NCBI GenBank assembly: GCA_964585095.1
Contig: CAZPCN010000011.1
Location: 9,367 to 73,366, forward strand
Source: an uncultured Syntrophaceae bacterium
GTDB taxonomy: Bacteria; Desulfobacterota; Syntrophia; Syntrophales; UBA2192
Direction of reading: 5' to 3'
DNA: 64,000 bases
Made by a program: the position numbers and the translations under genes
In this document: one piece after another, positions 54,638 to 62,928 of the stretch
How positions within the stretch are numbered: the first letter of the stretch is position 1
How the letters are laid out: every line of letters begins with the position of its first letter
Notes under the pieces: generated by a model
What the model saw: the letters and a program-made list of their open reading frames with translations, nothing else
Databases searched by the model: none
What the model was told of the DNA's origin: nothing

Positions 54638-56257
54638 ATGACGCGCCTTTCCAGAACAATCGCAGCAGCCCTTTTCGCCCTTCTGGCCGCGATCTCGCCG
54701 GCGGGGGCGGGGTGCGCCGCCGCGGCCCTCCACCTCTCGGCCCGCGAAGTCGACCTCGGGGACCTCGGGCCCGGAGAGACCGCGCGGGCGCAGTTCCAGA
54801 TCGCGAACACCGCGGAGGGGAGAATCCGGTGGACCCTCACGGCGCCGCCCGACTGGGAGGGGGGCGGGGCGCTTTCGGGGGAAGTCGGCGGCGCGCCTTC
54901 GAAGGTCGACGTGACGCTCGTCTCGCTGCGGGGAGGGGCGGGGGCGGGAGACCATCCCGTGGAAATCCGCCTCGCGTTGGGGCGGGGCGTCCTGGTCCTG
55001 AGGCGGACGCTGGCCGAAGGCCCCTGGCGAGAGGCGCTGCGGATCGAGTCCGACTCCGGCGGCCGGACGCTGTTCGTGAAATTCGTCCTCACCGACGCAA
55101 GATCGAGGCCCGCTCTCGAGGCCGAACCCCGGGGCATCGACCTGGGGGACATGGAGCCCGTCCGGGAGATCACGCGAAAAATCAGGGTTTCCAATTCCGG
55201 GGCGGGCGTGCTGCGCTGGCAGGCCTCGTCGGGGGCAGCCGGGATGCCTTCCGTGTCGGCGCGAGGGAGGTATCTCTCGCTGCACAACGAGGCCCTGCAG
55301 GGCGGAGGTCCTTACTCGCCGCCTGCCGTCCTGAAGGAGGCCGTACAGGCGACGGGGCCCTGGGGAGCCGAGAAGGGTTACCCGAAGGCTGCGGGCCACG
55401 GATGCGCCCTGCGGATCCAGTTCCAGGGATCGGCGGCCGTCCTGACGGGCAGGCGCGTCTCGGAAGCGGCCGTGCTGAGGGCATCGGTCGGCGATCAGCC
55501 CCCGCGGGAGGTGATCCTCGAGGAACTCGAGGGCGGACGTTTCGAGGCGACCGTTGCCGAAAGCCTTCCCGAGGGCCCGCACAGCCTCCTGATGCAGGTA
55601 TCGGAGGGCACCGTCGTCCTCGAAGGCGTCACGGCGCGGGACTCGCGGGTCGCGAGCCCGCCGACGGCCTGGATCCGGCTGACCCCGCTTTCGGGCACCA
55701 CCACGCGGGAGACGGATTTCGTCACCGTGCGGATGACCCTCTCCGACCTCAAGCCCGGAGTCTACACGGACCTGGTGACGATCTCGTCCAATGGCGGGAC
55801 CGTCCGCATTCCCGTTTCGCTCGCCGTCACCGGGGAGGCGGCGCCGAAGCACCTCACCGTGTGGCGATACACGCGGGGTTCCGACGTCCTCTTCACCGCG
55901 CAGCCCGAGAAGGAGGACCCCCGGTACATCGGCGCCTACCAGCGCGCGGGGCTTGCCTTCCGGCTCTACGGGCCGGGGACGGCGGGAACCGCCGAACTGT
56001 ACCGGTGGTACAACCCCGCGATCGGGGACCACTACTACTCTGCGGAGCGAGGCGGGGGCCGCAAGAACCTCCAGGGCTACGTCTTCGGCGGGACGATCGG
56101 CAACATCGCCACGATCCGCCTGCCCGGCACAAGGGAGCTCTACCGCTGGTTCAACCCCGAGACGGGACGTCACTACTTTACCACCGACACCGCCGGGGAG
56201 GGGATGGGCCGCCGCGGGTACCGGTTCGAGGGGACCGTGGGGTACGTCCTGCGGTGA
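54638..56257 (+). CDS. secreted protein with Ig-like N-terminal modules and C-terminal YRWYNP-type repeats
   Basis: The start is the ATG at 54638, with signal peptide MTRLSRTIAAALFALLAAISPAGAG. Two clear C-terminal repeats are present (ELYRWYNPAIGDHYYS...GYVFGGTIG and ELYRWFNPETGRHYFT...GYRFEGTVG), which resemble DUF5648-type repeats. Confidence 0.7.
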   Translation: MTRLSRTIAAALFALLAAISPAGAGCAAAALHLSAREVDLGDLGPGETARAQFQIANTAEGRIRWTLTAPPDWEGGGALSGEVGGAPSKVDVTLVSLRGGAGAGDHPVEIRLALGRGVLVLRRTLAEGPWREALRIESDSGGRTLFVKFVLTDARSRPALEAEPRGIDLGDMEPVREITRKIRVSNSGAGVLRWQASSGAAGMPSVSARGRYLSLHNEALQGGGPYSPPAVLKEAVQATGPWGAEKGYPKAAGHGCALRIQFQGSAAVLTGRRVSEAAVLRASVGDQPPREVILEELEGGRFEATVAESLPEGPHSLLMQVSEGTVVLEGVTARDSRVASPPTAWIRLTPLSGTTTRETDFVTVRMTLSDLKPGVYTDLVTISSNGGTVRIPVSLAVTGEAAPKHLTVWRYTRGSDVLFTAQPEKEDPRYIGAYQRAGLAFRLYGPGTAGTAELYRWYNPAIGDHYYSAERGGGRKNLQGYVFGGTIGNIATIRLPGTRELYRWFNPETGRHYFTTDTAGEGMGRRGYRFEGTVGYVLR

Positions 56258-56283
56258 GGCCTGAAAAAAATGTGAAATCCAGC

Positions 56284-56312
56284 TTGACAAAACGGGGCAA
56301 AGCGTTTATTAA
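56284..56312 (+). promoter_or_regulatory. sigma70 promoter of the tRNA operon
   Basis: TTGACA (56284-56289), 17 nt spacer, TATTAA (56307-56312). It lies 27 nt upstream of the first tRNA. Confidence 0.6.
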
Positions 56313-56338
56313 TCCCTCTTCGCGATGGAACGTCACGT

Positions 56339-56415
<77 letters not shown>

Positions 56416-56423
56416 GATAAGAC

Positions 56424-56501
56424 GGTGGGTGTAGCTCAAGTGGTTAGAGTGTCGGGTTGTGGCCCCGAAGGTTGAGGGTTCAAGTCCCTCCACTCACCCC
56501 A
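56424..56501 (+). tRNA. tRNA-His (anticodon GTG)
   Basis: Manual cloverleaf with the extra G(-1) paired to C73, anticodon loop TTGTGGC, T-loop TTCAAGT and encoded CCA. Confidence 0.85.
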
Positions 56502-56521
56502 GTAATAAAACGGGCAAAAAG

Positions 56522-56598
56522 GCGCCCGTAGCTCAGATGGATAGAGTCGCAGACTTCGAATCTGTTGGTCGCACGTTCGAGTCGTGCCGGGCGCACCA
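56522..56598 (+). tRNA. tRNA-Arg (anticodon TCG)
   Basis: Manual cloverleaf: acceptor GCGCCCG/CGGGCGC, anticodon loop CTTCGAA, T-arm GCACG TTCGAGT CGTGC, encoded CCA. Confidence 0.85.
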
Positions 56599-56620
56599 AA
56601 AATAGACAAACGGATATCTT

Positions 56621-56696
<76 letters not shown>

Positions 56697-56705
56697 GGAC
56701 AAAAA

Positions 56706-56738
56706 GCCGTCTCGCATTCATGGCGAGGCGGCTTTTTT
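56706..56738 (+). terminator. intrinsic terminator of the tRNA operon
   Basis: The stem gccgtctcgc/gcgaggcggc has one G-U pair and a 7-nt loop, followed by a T6 run. Confidence 0.75.
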
Positions 56739-56909
56739 GTGTGCGCTGCGGTGGCGCGCCCTCAGCTTTTTGAGGGTTCGCCCCGCTGCCGGATTGTTCT
56801 TATTCTTGCCTGAAAAGGGACAATCGAGTACTCTGAAAACCCTAGGAAGCCTGAGAACAAGAAGAAATCAACGATGAGATGGCCGCGAAATCGAGAAGGA
56901 GGAGATGAA

Positions 56910-58361
56910 ATGGCAAGACGATTGTTGGCACTGCTCTGCTTCGTACTGATGCTGGTCCTGCTGGCCGGATGTTCGAAGGACGACTCCATAACGAAGGCCG
57001 AAAAGAAGGATGCCGTCAAGCCGACCATGGCCGAGGTCAAGGCCATCGCCGAGGAGGGATTCATCTACGGCCTTCCCATCGTGATGAATTACGCGGTCAT
57101 GTACGAGTATGCCGTTGACCGCAACTCCGGCCAGTTCAAGGCGCCGTTCAATGAGATCAAGAACGAAGCGCGCGTTTTCACCTACAAGGACACGGCCATC
57201 ATCACCCCTAACAGCGACACGCCTTATTCGTTTGTCTGGATGGACCTGCGCCGCGAGCCCATCGTGCTGTCGGTTCCCGCCGTGGAGAAGAATCGGTACT
57301 ATTCGGTGATGCTCTGCGACGGCAACACGTTCAACTACGGTTACATCGGCAGCCGGGCGACCGGCAATGAAGCCGGAGATTACATGGTGGTCGGGCCTGA
57401 CTGGAAGGGCGAAACCCCGGCCGGCATCAAGAAAGTGTTCCGCTCCACGACGCAGTTCTCGCTCGCGGGCTACCGCACCCAGCTCTTCAACCCGAAAGAC
57501 ATGCCCAACGTGGTGAAGGTCCAGTCCGGGTACAAGGTCCAGCCGCTCTCTGCGTACCTGAAGCAGCCTGCGCCTCCGGCAGCACCGGCCATCGACTTCC
57601 CGAAGATCGACAAGGAACTGGTGAAGACGAACTTCTTCGAGTACCTGGACTTCGCCCTGCAGTTCGCCCCAGCAGGGCCGGAAGAAAAGGAAATCCGCGA
57701 CAAGCTCGCCCGCATCGGTATCGGCCCGGGCAAAACCTTCAGCTTCAAGGACCTTTCCCTAGAGCACAAGGCGGAGATCGCACTCGGGATGAAGGAAGGC
57801 GACAAGAAAGTCGATGAAAAAGTCGCAACCCTCGGCAAGGAAGTCAACGGCTGGCGTATCGGCTCGGCATTTGGCGACCGGAATTATTACAACGGCAACT
57901 GGCTCCTGCGCGCGGCGGCGGCAAAGGCCGGGATTTACGGAAACGACGCCGTAGAGGCCACGTATCCCCTGACGCGCAAGGATGGAGACGGCCAGCCGCT
58001 CGACGGCAGCAAGCATGCGTATACGATCACCTTCCCCGCAGGCCAGCTTCCCCCGGTGAACGCCTTCTGGTCGATCACCATGTACGACGGCAAGACACAG
58101 TTTCTGATCAAGAACCCGATCGACCGGTACCTGATAAACTCGCCGATGCTCCCGAGCTTGAAGAAGAACAAGGACGGATCGCTCACGATCTACATCCAGA
58201 GGGACTCGCCGGGGAAGGCGAGAGAATCCAACTGGCTGCCAGCCCCCGACGGACCCATCTACCTGGCCATGAGGTTGTACTGGCCGAAACCCGAGCCGCC
58301 GTCCGTCCTGCCGCCCGGCGAGGGCACGTGGCAGCCGCCGGCAGTGGTGCAGGTGAAGTAA
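56910..58361 (+). CDS. DUF1254/DUF1214-domain lipoprotein
   Basis: The ATG at 56910 has AGGAGG upstream. The lipobox is LLAGCS. Family-typical blocks are YYSVMLCDGNTFNYGYIG and NAFWSITMYD. Confidence 0.75.
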   Translation: MARRLLALLCFVLMLVLLAGCSKDDSITKAEKKDAVKPTMAEVKAIAEEGFIYGLPIVMNYAVMYEYAVDRNSGQFKAPFNEIKNEARVFTYKDTAIITPNSDTPYSFVWMDLRREPIVLSVPAVEKNRYYSVMLCDGNTFNYGYIGSRATGNEAGDYMVVGPDWKGETPAGIKKVFRSTTQFSLAGYRTQLFNPKDMPNVVKVQSGYKVQPLSAYLKQPAPPAAPAIDFPKIDKELVKTNFFEYLDFALQFAPAGPEEKEIRDKLARIGIGPGKTFSFKDLSLEHKAEIALGMKEGDKKVDEKVATLGKEVNGWRIGSAFGDRNYYNGNWLLRAAAAKAGIYGNDAVEATYPLTRKDGDGQPLDGSKHAYTITFPAGQLPPVNAFWSITMYDGKTQFLIKNPIDRYLINSPMLPSLKKNKDGSLTIYIQRDSPGKARESNWLPAPDGPIYLAMRLYWPKPEPPSVLPPGEGTWQPPAVVQVK

Positions 58362-58391
58362 GACAGCAAACAGGGAACATCCACCCCAGCC

Positions 58392-58490
58392 CTCCTTTTG
58401 CAAAGGAGCGAGCGACTCTCCCCCTTTGAAAAAGGGGGATAAAGGGGGATTTGAGTGGAATAAGCGGAAGTAAACGAGGCCTTCGGGCCT
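58392..58490 (+). repeat. cluster of three small hairpins with a tandem AAAGGGGGAT duplication
   Basis: The hairpins are ctccttt-tgc-aaaggag (58392-58408), tcccccttt-gaa-aaaggggga (58419-58439) and aggcc-ttcg-ggcct (58477-58490). The 10-mer aaagggggat occurs twice in tandem (58431-58450). Confidence 0.7.
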
Positions 58491-58524
58491 GAACCGTTCA
58501 ACAGAAAGACAGGAGGAGGGGACC

Positions 58525-60921
58525 ATGAAACGAAATGCCGTGAACACGACACTCGGCGTTGCCCTGTCGGCGTTCTGCGTAAGTTCGGCGCAGGCGCAGG
58601 ATGTCCTGCCTCGCCCTGAACAACCCTTCAAGGGTCACATCGGCCGCAAGGCCAAGGACTCGATCAAGGACTTCCCCCAGGAGGTGGCCGCCCCGAAAGG
58701 AGCGCCCAACGTGCTGTTGATTCTGACCGACGACGTGGGCTTCGGGGCATCCAGCACATTCGGAGGCCCCATCGAGACGAAGACGTTCGACCGCCTGGCA
58801 GCCAACGGTCTTCGTTACACTCAGTTCCACACGACGGCGCTTTCCTCGCCGACGCGTGCAGCGCTGTTATCCGGCCGCAACCACCACTCGGCCGCCACCG
58901 GGGTGATCATGGAACTGGCCAGCGGCTACCCGGGATACAACTCCCTCATGCCCAAGAGCGCAGGCACCTTTGCCGAGGTGCTCAAGCAGAGCGGATGGAA
59001 CACGGCCTGGTACGGCAAGAATCACAACGTACCTGATTGGCATGGGAGCCAGGCAGGCCCCTACGATCTGTGGCCCACGGGGCTCGGGTTCGAGTACTTC
59101 TACGGCTTCATCGGAGGCGACGCCAACCAGTGGGCCCCGGCCCTCTATGAAAACATCAAACCCATCGAGCCCCCCCACGACGCCAAGGACTACCACTTGG
59201 ACAAGGATCTGGCCGACAAATGTATCGAGCGAATCCGTATGCTGCACTCCGTCGCACCCCACAAACCCTGGGTGCAATACTACGCGCCTGGTACGGCCCA
59301 TGCTCCGCATCATGCTCCCAAAGATTGGATAGAGAAATACAAGGGTAAATTCGACCAGGGATGGGACAAGGTGCGAGGGGAAACGCTGGCGCGCCAGAAG
59401 AAGATGGGCATTGTCCCGCAGAACACGAGGCTCACGGAACGGACAAAAGGTATTCCCTCCTGGGACAGCCTGGGCGCTGACCAGAAGAAGGTGTTTGCCC
59501 GCATGATGGAGGTCTATGCGGGTGCGCTATCTCATGCCGACCACCAGATCGGTCGCATCCTGGATGCCATTGCGGAACTGGGAGAACTGGACAACACGCT
59601 GGTGATTTACATCCAGGGCGACAATGGCGCCAGCGCCGAGGGCAGCCCGCAAGGTTTGCTCAACGAAATGACCTACTTCAACGGAGTTCCCGAGGACTTC
59701 AAGGAAGTGGCGCGCCGCATGGAGGAACTTGGCGGGCCCATGACGTACAATCACTACCCGATCGGCTGGGCACACGCGATGGACACGCCCTTCCAGTGGA
59801 CAAAGCAGGTGGCCTCACACTTCGGCGGCACTCGCAACGGGCTTGTGATCTCCTGGCCTGTTCGCATCAAGGACAAGGGGGGCATCCGTACCCAGTTCCA
59901 TCACGTGATTGACATCGCACCGACGATCCTCGAAGCCTGCGGGATCCGGTTTCCCGCGGAGCTGAATGGTGTTCCCCAGAAACCGATCGAAGGCGTGAGC
60001 ATGGTCTATTCGTTCGACGACGCCAAAGCGCCCTCGAAACGCCGCACACAGTATTTCGAGATGTTCGCCAACCGTGCGATCTACAGCGACGGCTGGGTGG
60101 CCACCACGACGCCGCCGGTAACTCCCTGGGATCTGTTCGGAAAAGTCCCGGACGTGGATGACTACAGGTGGGAGCTGTACCATGTGGCTGAGGATTTCAG
60201 CCAGGCTGTAAACCTTGCCGACAAGGAACCGGCCAGACTGCGTGCCTTGCAGGACCTTTTCTGGGTCGAGGCGGCAAAGTACGACGTGATTCCCATCGAC
60301 AACAGTCGTACAGAGCGGTTCGATGTGGCTAACCGGCCAAGCCTCACCCGTGGACGGTCGGTATTCACCTACTTCCCCGGACAGGTACGCATCCCCGAGG
60401 GGGCGGCGCCTGATCTCAAGAACAAATCGTTCAAAATCGCGGCTGACGTGGTCATCCCAAAGGACGGCGCAGAGGGCATCCTTGCCACCCAGGGCGGACG
60501 GTTTAACGGATGGGGGATTTACCTGCTCCAGGGCAGGCCGGTGTTCCACTACAACCTTGCCGGGGTACAACGATTTACCATCGCAGCCAAGGACAAGCTG
60601 ACACCCGGCGAGCACGTCATTGTTGTGGACTTCAAATATGACGGTGGTCTCGGTAAAGGTGCGGCGGCGACGATCTCGGTGGACGATAAGCCGGTCGCCC
60701 AAGGCCGGGTCGAGCGCACCGTTCCGTTCCGCATGTCCATCGACGAAACCCTGGATATCGGGGAGGACACCGGCACGCCTGTCAGCGAGGACTACCGTGT
60801 GCCCTTCAAGTTCACGGGCAAACTCAAGCGCGTCCTCATCGGGCTGACCGACCACAAACTTACCCCTGAAGATGAAGAGGAGATCAAACGCGCCAAGGCC
60901 TTGATCGGTGTAGCACAGTAA
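58525..60921 (+). CDS. Ser-type (periplasmic) arylsulfatase-family enzyme, 798 aa
   Basis: It has signal peptide MKRNAVNTTLGVALSAFCVSSAQA, the metal site LILTDDVGFG, and the formylglycine motif S-S-P-T-R (58843-58857) followed by AALLSGRN. A C-terminal extension of about 250 aa is present. Confidence 0.85.
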   Translation: MKRNAVNTTLGVALSAFCVSSAQAQDVLPRPEQPFKGHIGRKAKDSIKDFPQEVAAPKGAPNVLLILTDDVGFGASSTFGGPIETKTFDRLAANGLRYTQFHTTALSSPTRAALLSGRNHHSAATGVIMELASGYPGYNSLMPKSAGTFAEVLKQSGWNTAWYGKNHNVPDWHGSQAGPYDLWPTGLGFEYFYGFIGGDANQWAPALYENIKPIEPPHDAKDYHLDKDLADKCIERIRMLHSVAPHKPWVQYYAPGTAHAPHHAPKDWIEKYKGKFDQGWDKVRGETLARQKKMGIVPQNTRLTERTKGIPSWDSLGADQKKVFARMMEVYAGALSHADHQIGRILDAIAELGELDNTLVIYIQGDNGASAEGSPQGLLNEMTYFNGVPEDFKEVARRMEELGGPMTYNHYPIGWAHAMDTPFQWTKQVASHFGGTRNGLVISWPVRIKDKGGIRTQFHHVIDIAPTILEACGIRFPAELNGVPQKPIEGVSMVYSFDDAKAPSKRRTQYFEMFANRAIYSDGWVATTTPPVTPWDLFGKVPDVDDYRWELYHVAEDFSQAVNLADKEPARLRALQDLFWVEAAKYDVIPIDNSRTERFDVANRPSLTRGRSVFTYFPGQVRIPEGAAPDLKNKSFKIAADVVIPKDGAEGILATQGGRFNGWGIYLLQGRPVFHYNLAGVQRFTIAAKDKLTPGEHVIVVDFKYDGGLGKGAAATISVDDKPVAQGRVERTVPFRMSIDETLDIGEDTGTPVSEDYRVPFKFTGKLKRVLIGLTDHKLTPEDEEEIKRAKALIGVAQ

Positions 60922-61032
60922 CGACAGCATGGAGAATCAGTGGTCTGAGCCGCGGGCAACACCCACTGCGAAGCACGCTGCTGGTCATCTTTTCCCGGCT
61001 ATGGGCAAGCGATCACCTGAGATGGGTAACGA

Positions 61033-62346
61033 ATGACGAGGTCGCTCGAAAACAGCCATCCGATCAGCATTCCCCCGGGCATCCACGTCGTGGCCAAACC
61101 GATCGGCCCGGCCTGCAACCTCGACTGCGAGTACTGCTTCTATCTGGAAAAGCAGGCCCTGTTTCCCGCGGGTGGGCAATACCGGATGAATGACACGGTC
61201 CTCCAGGCATTCATTGCGGGCTACATCTCCTCGCAGCCCGTGCCGGTTGTCGAGTTCGTCTGGCAGGGCGGGGAGCCGACGCTGCTGGGGATCGACTTTT
61301 TCAGGCGGGTCGTGGAGCTTCAGAAGCCCTTCGCGAAGGGCAGGACGATCGCGAACGCGCTGCAGACCAACGGGACGCTCCTCAACGACGAGTGGTGCCG
61401 GTTTCTGAAAAAGCACAACTTCATGGTCGGGGTGAGCCTCGACGGCCCGAAGGAAATCCACGACCGATACCGGAAGGACCGCAAGGGAAGGGACACTTTC
61501 GATCGGGTCATGCGCGGGCTGAAGCTCTTGCAGAAGCACAGGGTCGACCACAACGTGCTGGCCTGCGTGGCCCGTGACACGGCGGACAGGCCGCTGGAGG
61601 TGTACCGCTTCCTGAAGAATGCCGGCGTGGAATTCATCCAGTTCACCCCGATCGTCGAGCGCGTACCCGATCCGCAAATCGCAGGTCTTGGCCTGCGATT
61701 GGCCGACCCCGCGGTACTGGACAGCCTGGAGGAGCAGGGGGAGGTCACGCCCTGGTCCGTCGAACCCGAGGCCTGGGGCGATTTTCTCATGGGCGTCTTC
61801 GAGGAGTGGGTCCGCAACGACGTGGGCAGGGTCTTCGTCATGAACTTCGAGTGGGCCCTGAATGCCTGGATCGGAAACCCCTCGCCCGTGTGCGTCCATG
61901 CGAATCAGTGCGGCCGCTCGCTCGTGATCGAGCACAACGGCGATGTCTACGCCTGCGACCACTGCGTCTACCCGCAGTACCGGCTCGGCAACATCCTGAG
62001 CGATGCGCTGCCCCGGATGGCGGAGCGATCCGTTCAGTCGGGCTTTGGAGCGTGCAAGGAAACAGCCCTGCCGCGCTGGTGCAGGGAGTGCGAGGTGCTG
62101 GCCGCCTGCCGCGGCGGGTGCCCCAAGCACCGCTTCCTGCAAACGCACCACGGCGAGCCGGGGCTACACTACCTTTGCGCCGGATACAGAAAATTCTTCC
62201 TGCACATCCGGAAGTACCTGCACGTCATGGCGCAGTTGCTGGAACATGACCAGCCCGTCAGCCTCGTCATGGAGGCGGTCAAGGGGCCCCTGGTCATCAC
62301 GCGGGGCGCCGGCGGCGACCCGGCGAAGACAAAAATCATTCGCTGA
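61033..62346 (+). CDS. anaerobic sulfatase-maturating enzyme (radical SAM/SPASM)
   Basis: It carries CNLDCEYCFY (CX3CX2C), a GGEPTL motif and C-terminal SPASM cysteines (CDHCVYP, CRECEVLAACRGGCPKHR). Confidence 0.85.
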   Translation: MTRSLENSHPISIPPGIHVVAKPIGPACNLDCEYCFYLEKQALFPAGGQYRMNDTVLQAFIAGYISSQPVPVVEFVWQGGEPTLLGIDFFRRVVELQKPFAKGRTIANALQTNGTLLNDEWCRFLKKHNFMVGVSLDGPKEIHDRYRKDRKGRDTFDRVMRGLKLLQKHRVDHNVLACVARDTADRPLEVYRFLKNAGVEFIQFTPIVERVPDPQIAGLGLRLADPAVLDSLEEQGEVTPWSVEPEAWGDFLMGVFEEWVRNDVGRVFVMNFEWALNAWIGNPSPVCVHANQCGRSLVIEHNGDVYACDHCVYPQYRLGNILSDALPRMAERSVQSGFGACKETALPRWCRECEVLAACRGGCPKHRFLQTHHGEPGLHYLCAGYRKFFLHIRKYLHVMAQLLEHDQPVSLVMEAVKGPLVITRGAGGDPAKTKIIR

Positions 62347-62369
62347 TTGTGGAAAGGAAACGAGGACCC

Positions 62370-62807
62370 ATGCGGGCATACGCCAGAAGACAGGCCGGAT
62401 CCGGAACATTGGCCGCCGTTCTGTTCGCAGCCCTGCTCTGTATGGTAGGGTTTGCGGGCGCCGTTGTCGAAGCGGCTGACGAGCCGTCCCCGGCGCAGGC
62501 CGATTTCCGGCGTCTCGAGGGACGCTGGGTCCGGCCCGACGGGGGCTACATCCTCGAGTTGAAGAACATCAAGAAGGACGGCAGCATGACGGCAGGCTAC
62601 TTCAATCCCCGGCCAATCCGTGTCTTCCGCGCGGAGGCAGCCAAAAAAAACGGCACACTCACCGTGTTTGTCGAACTGCGCGACGTCAACTACCCCGGGT
62701 CCACCTATACCCTGCAGTACGACCCGGCCGCGGACCGCCTCAAGGGGAAGTACTTCCAAGCCGTGGAGAGGCAGACCTTCGACATCGAGTTTGTGCGGGT
62801 GAAATGA
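62370..62807 (+). CDS. small secreted hypothetical protein (145 aa)
   Basis: The ATG at 62370 follows an AAAGGAAACGAGG stretch (the ORF-track GTG at 62349 is the alternative). It has a signal-like hydrophobic segment (AAVLFAALLCMVGFAGAVVEA). The mature part is rich in beta-strand propensity. Confidence 0.55.
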   Translation: MRAYARRQAGSGTLAAVLFAALLCMVGFAGAVVEAADEPSPAQADFRRLEGRWVRPDGGYILELKNIKKDGSMTAGYFNPRPIRVFRAEAAKKNGTLTVFVELRDVNYPGSTYTLQYDPAADRLKGKYFQAVERQTFDIEFVRVK

Positions 62808-62928
62808 CGGGGGGCTTCCCCGGGGCCGGCGAAGGAATTTGCAGAGTGAGAAACAATAGAATCGAAGGGGAAAGAAATAGTGCCCCGTTGAATCTTGAAT
62901 CTGACGTGACGGCAAAGGAGGATTCCGA

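Noticed and set aside
53369-56290. A 973-aa minus-strand ORF that would extend dprA by about 590 codons.
   Set aside because: Only the last 382 aa or so look like DprA. The upstream part is Arg/Pro/Gly-rich, low-complexity and antisense to the well-supported secreted-protein gene at 54638-56257. This is a typical high-GC shadow ORF.
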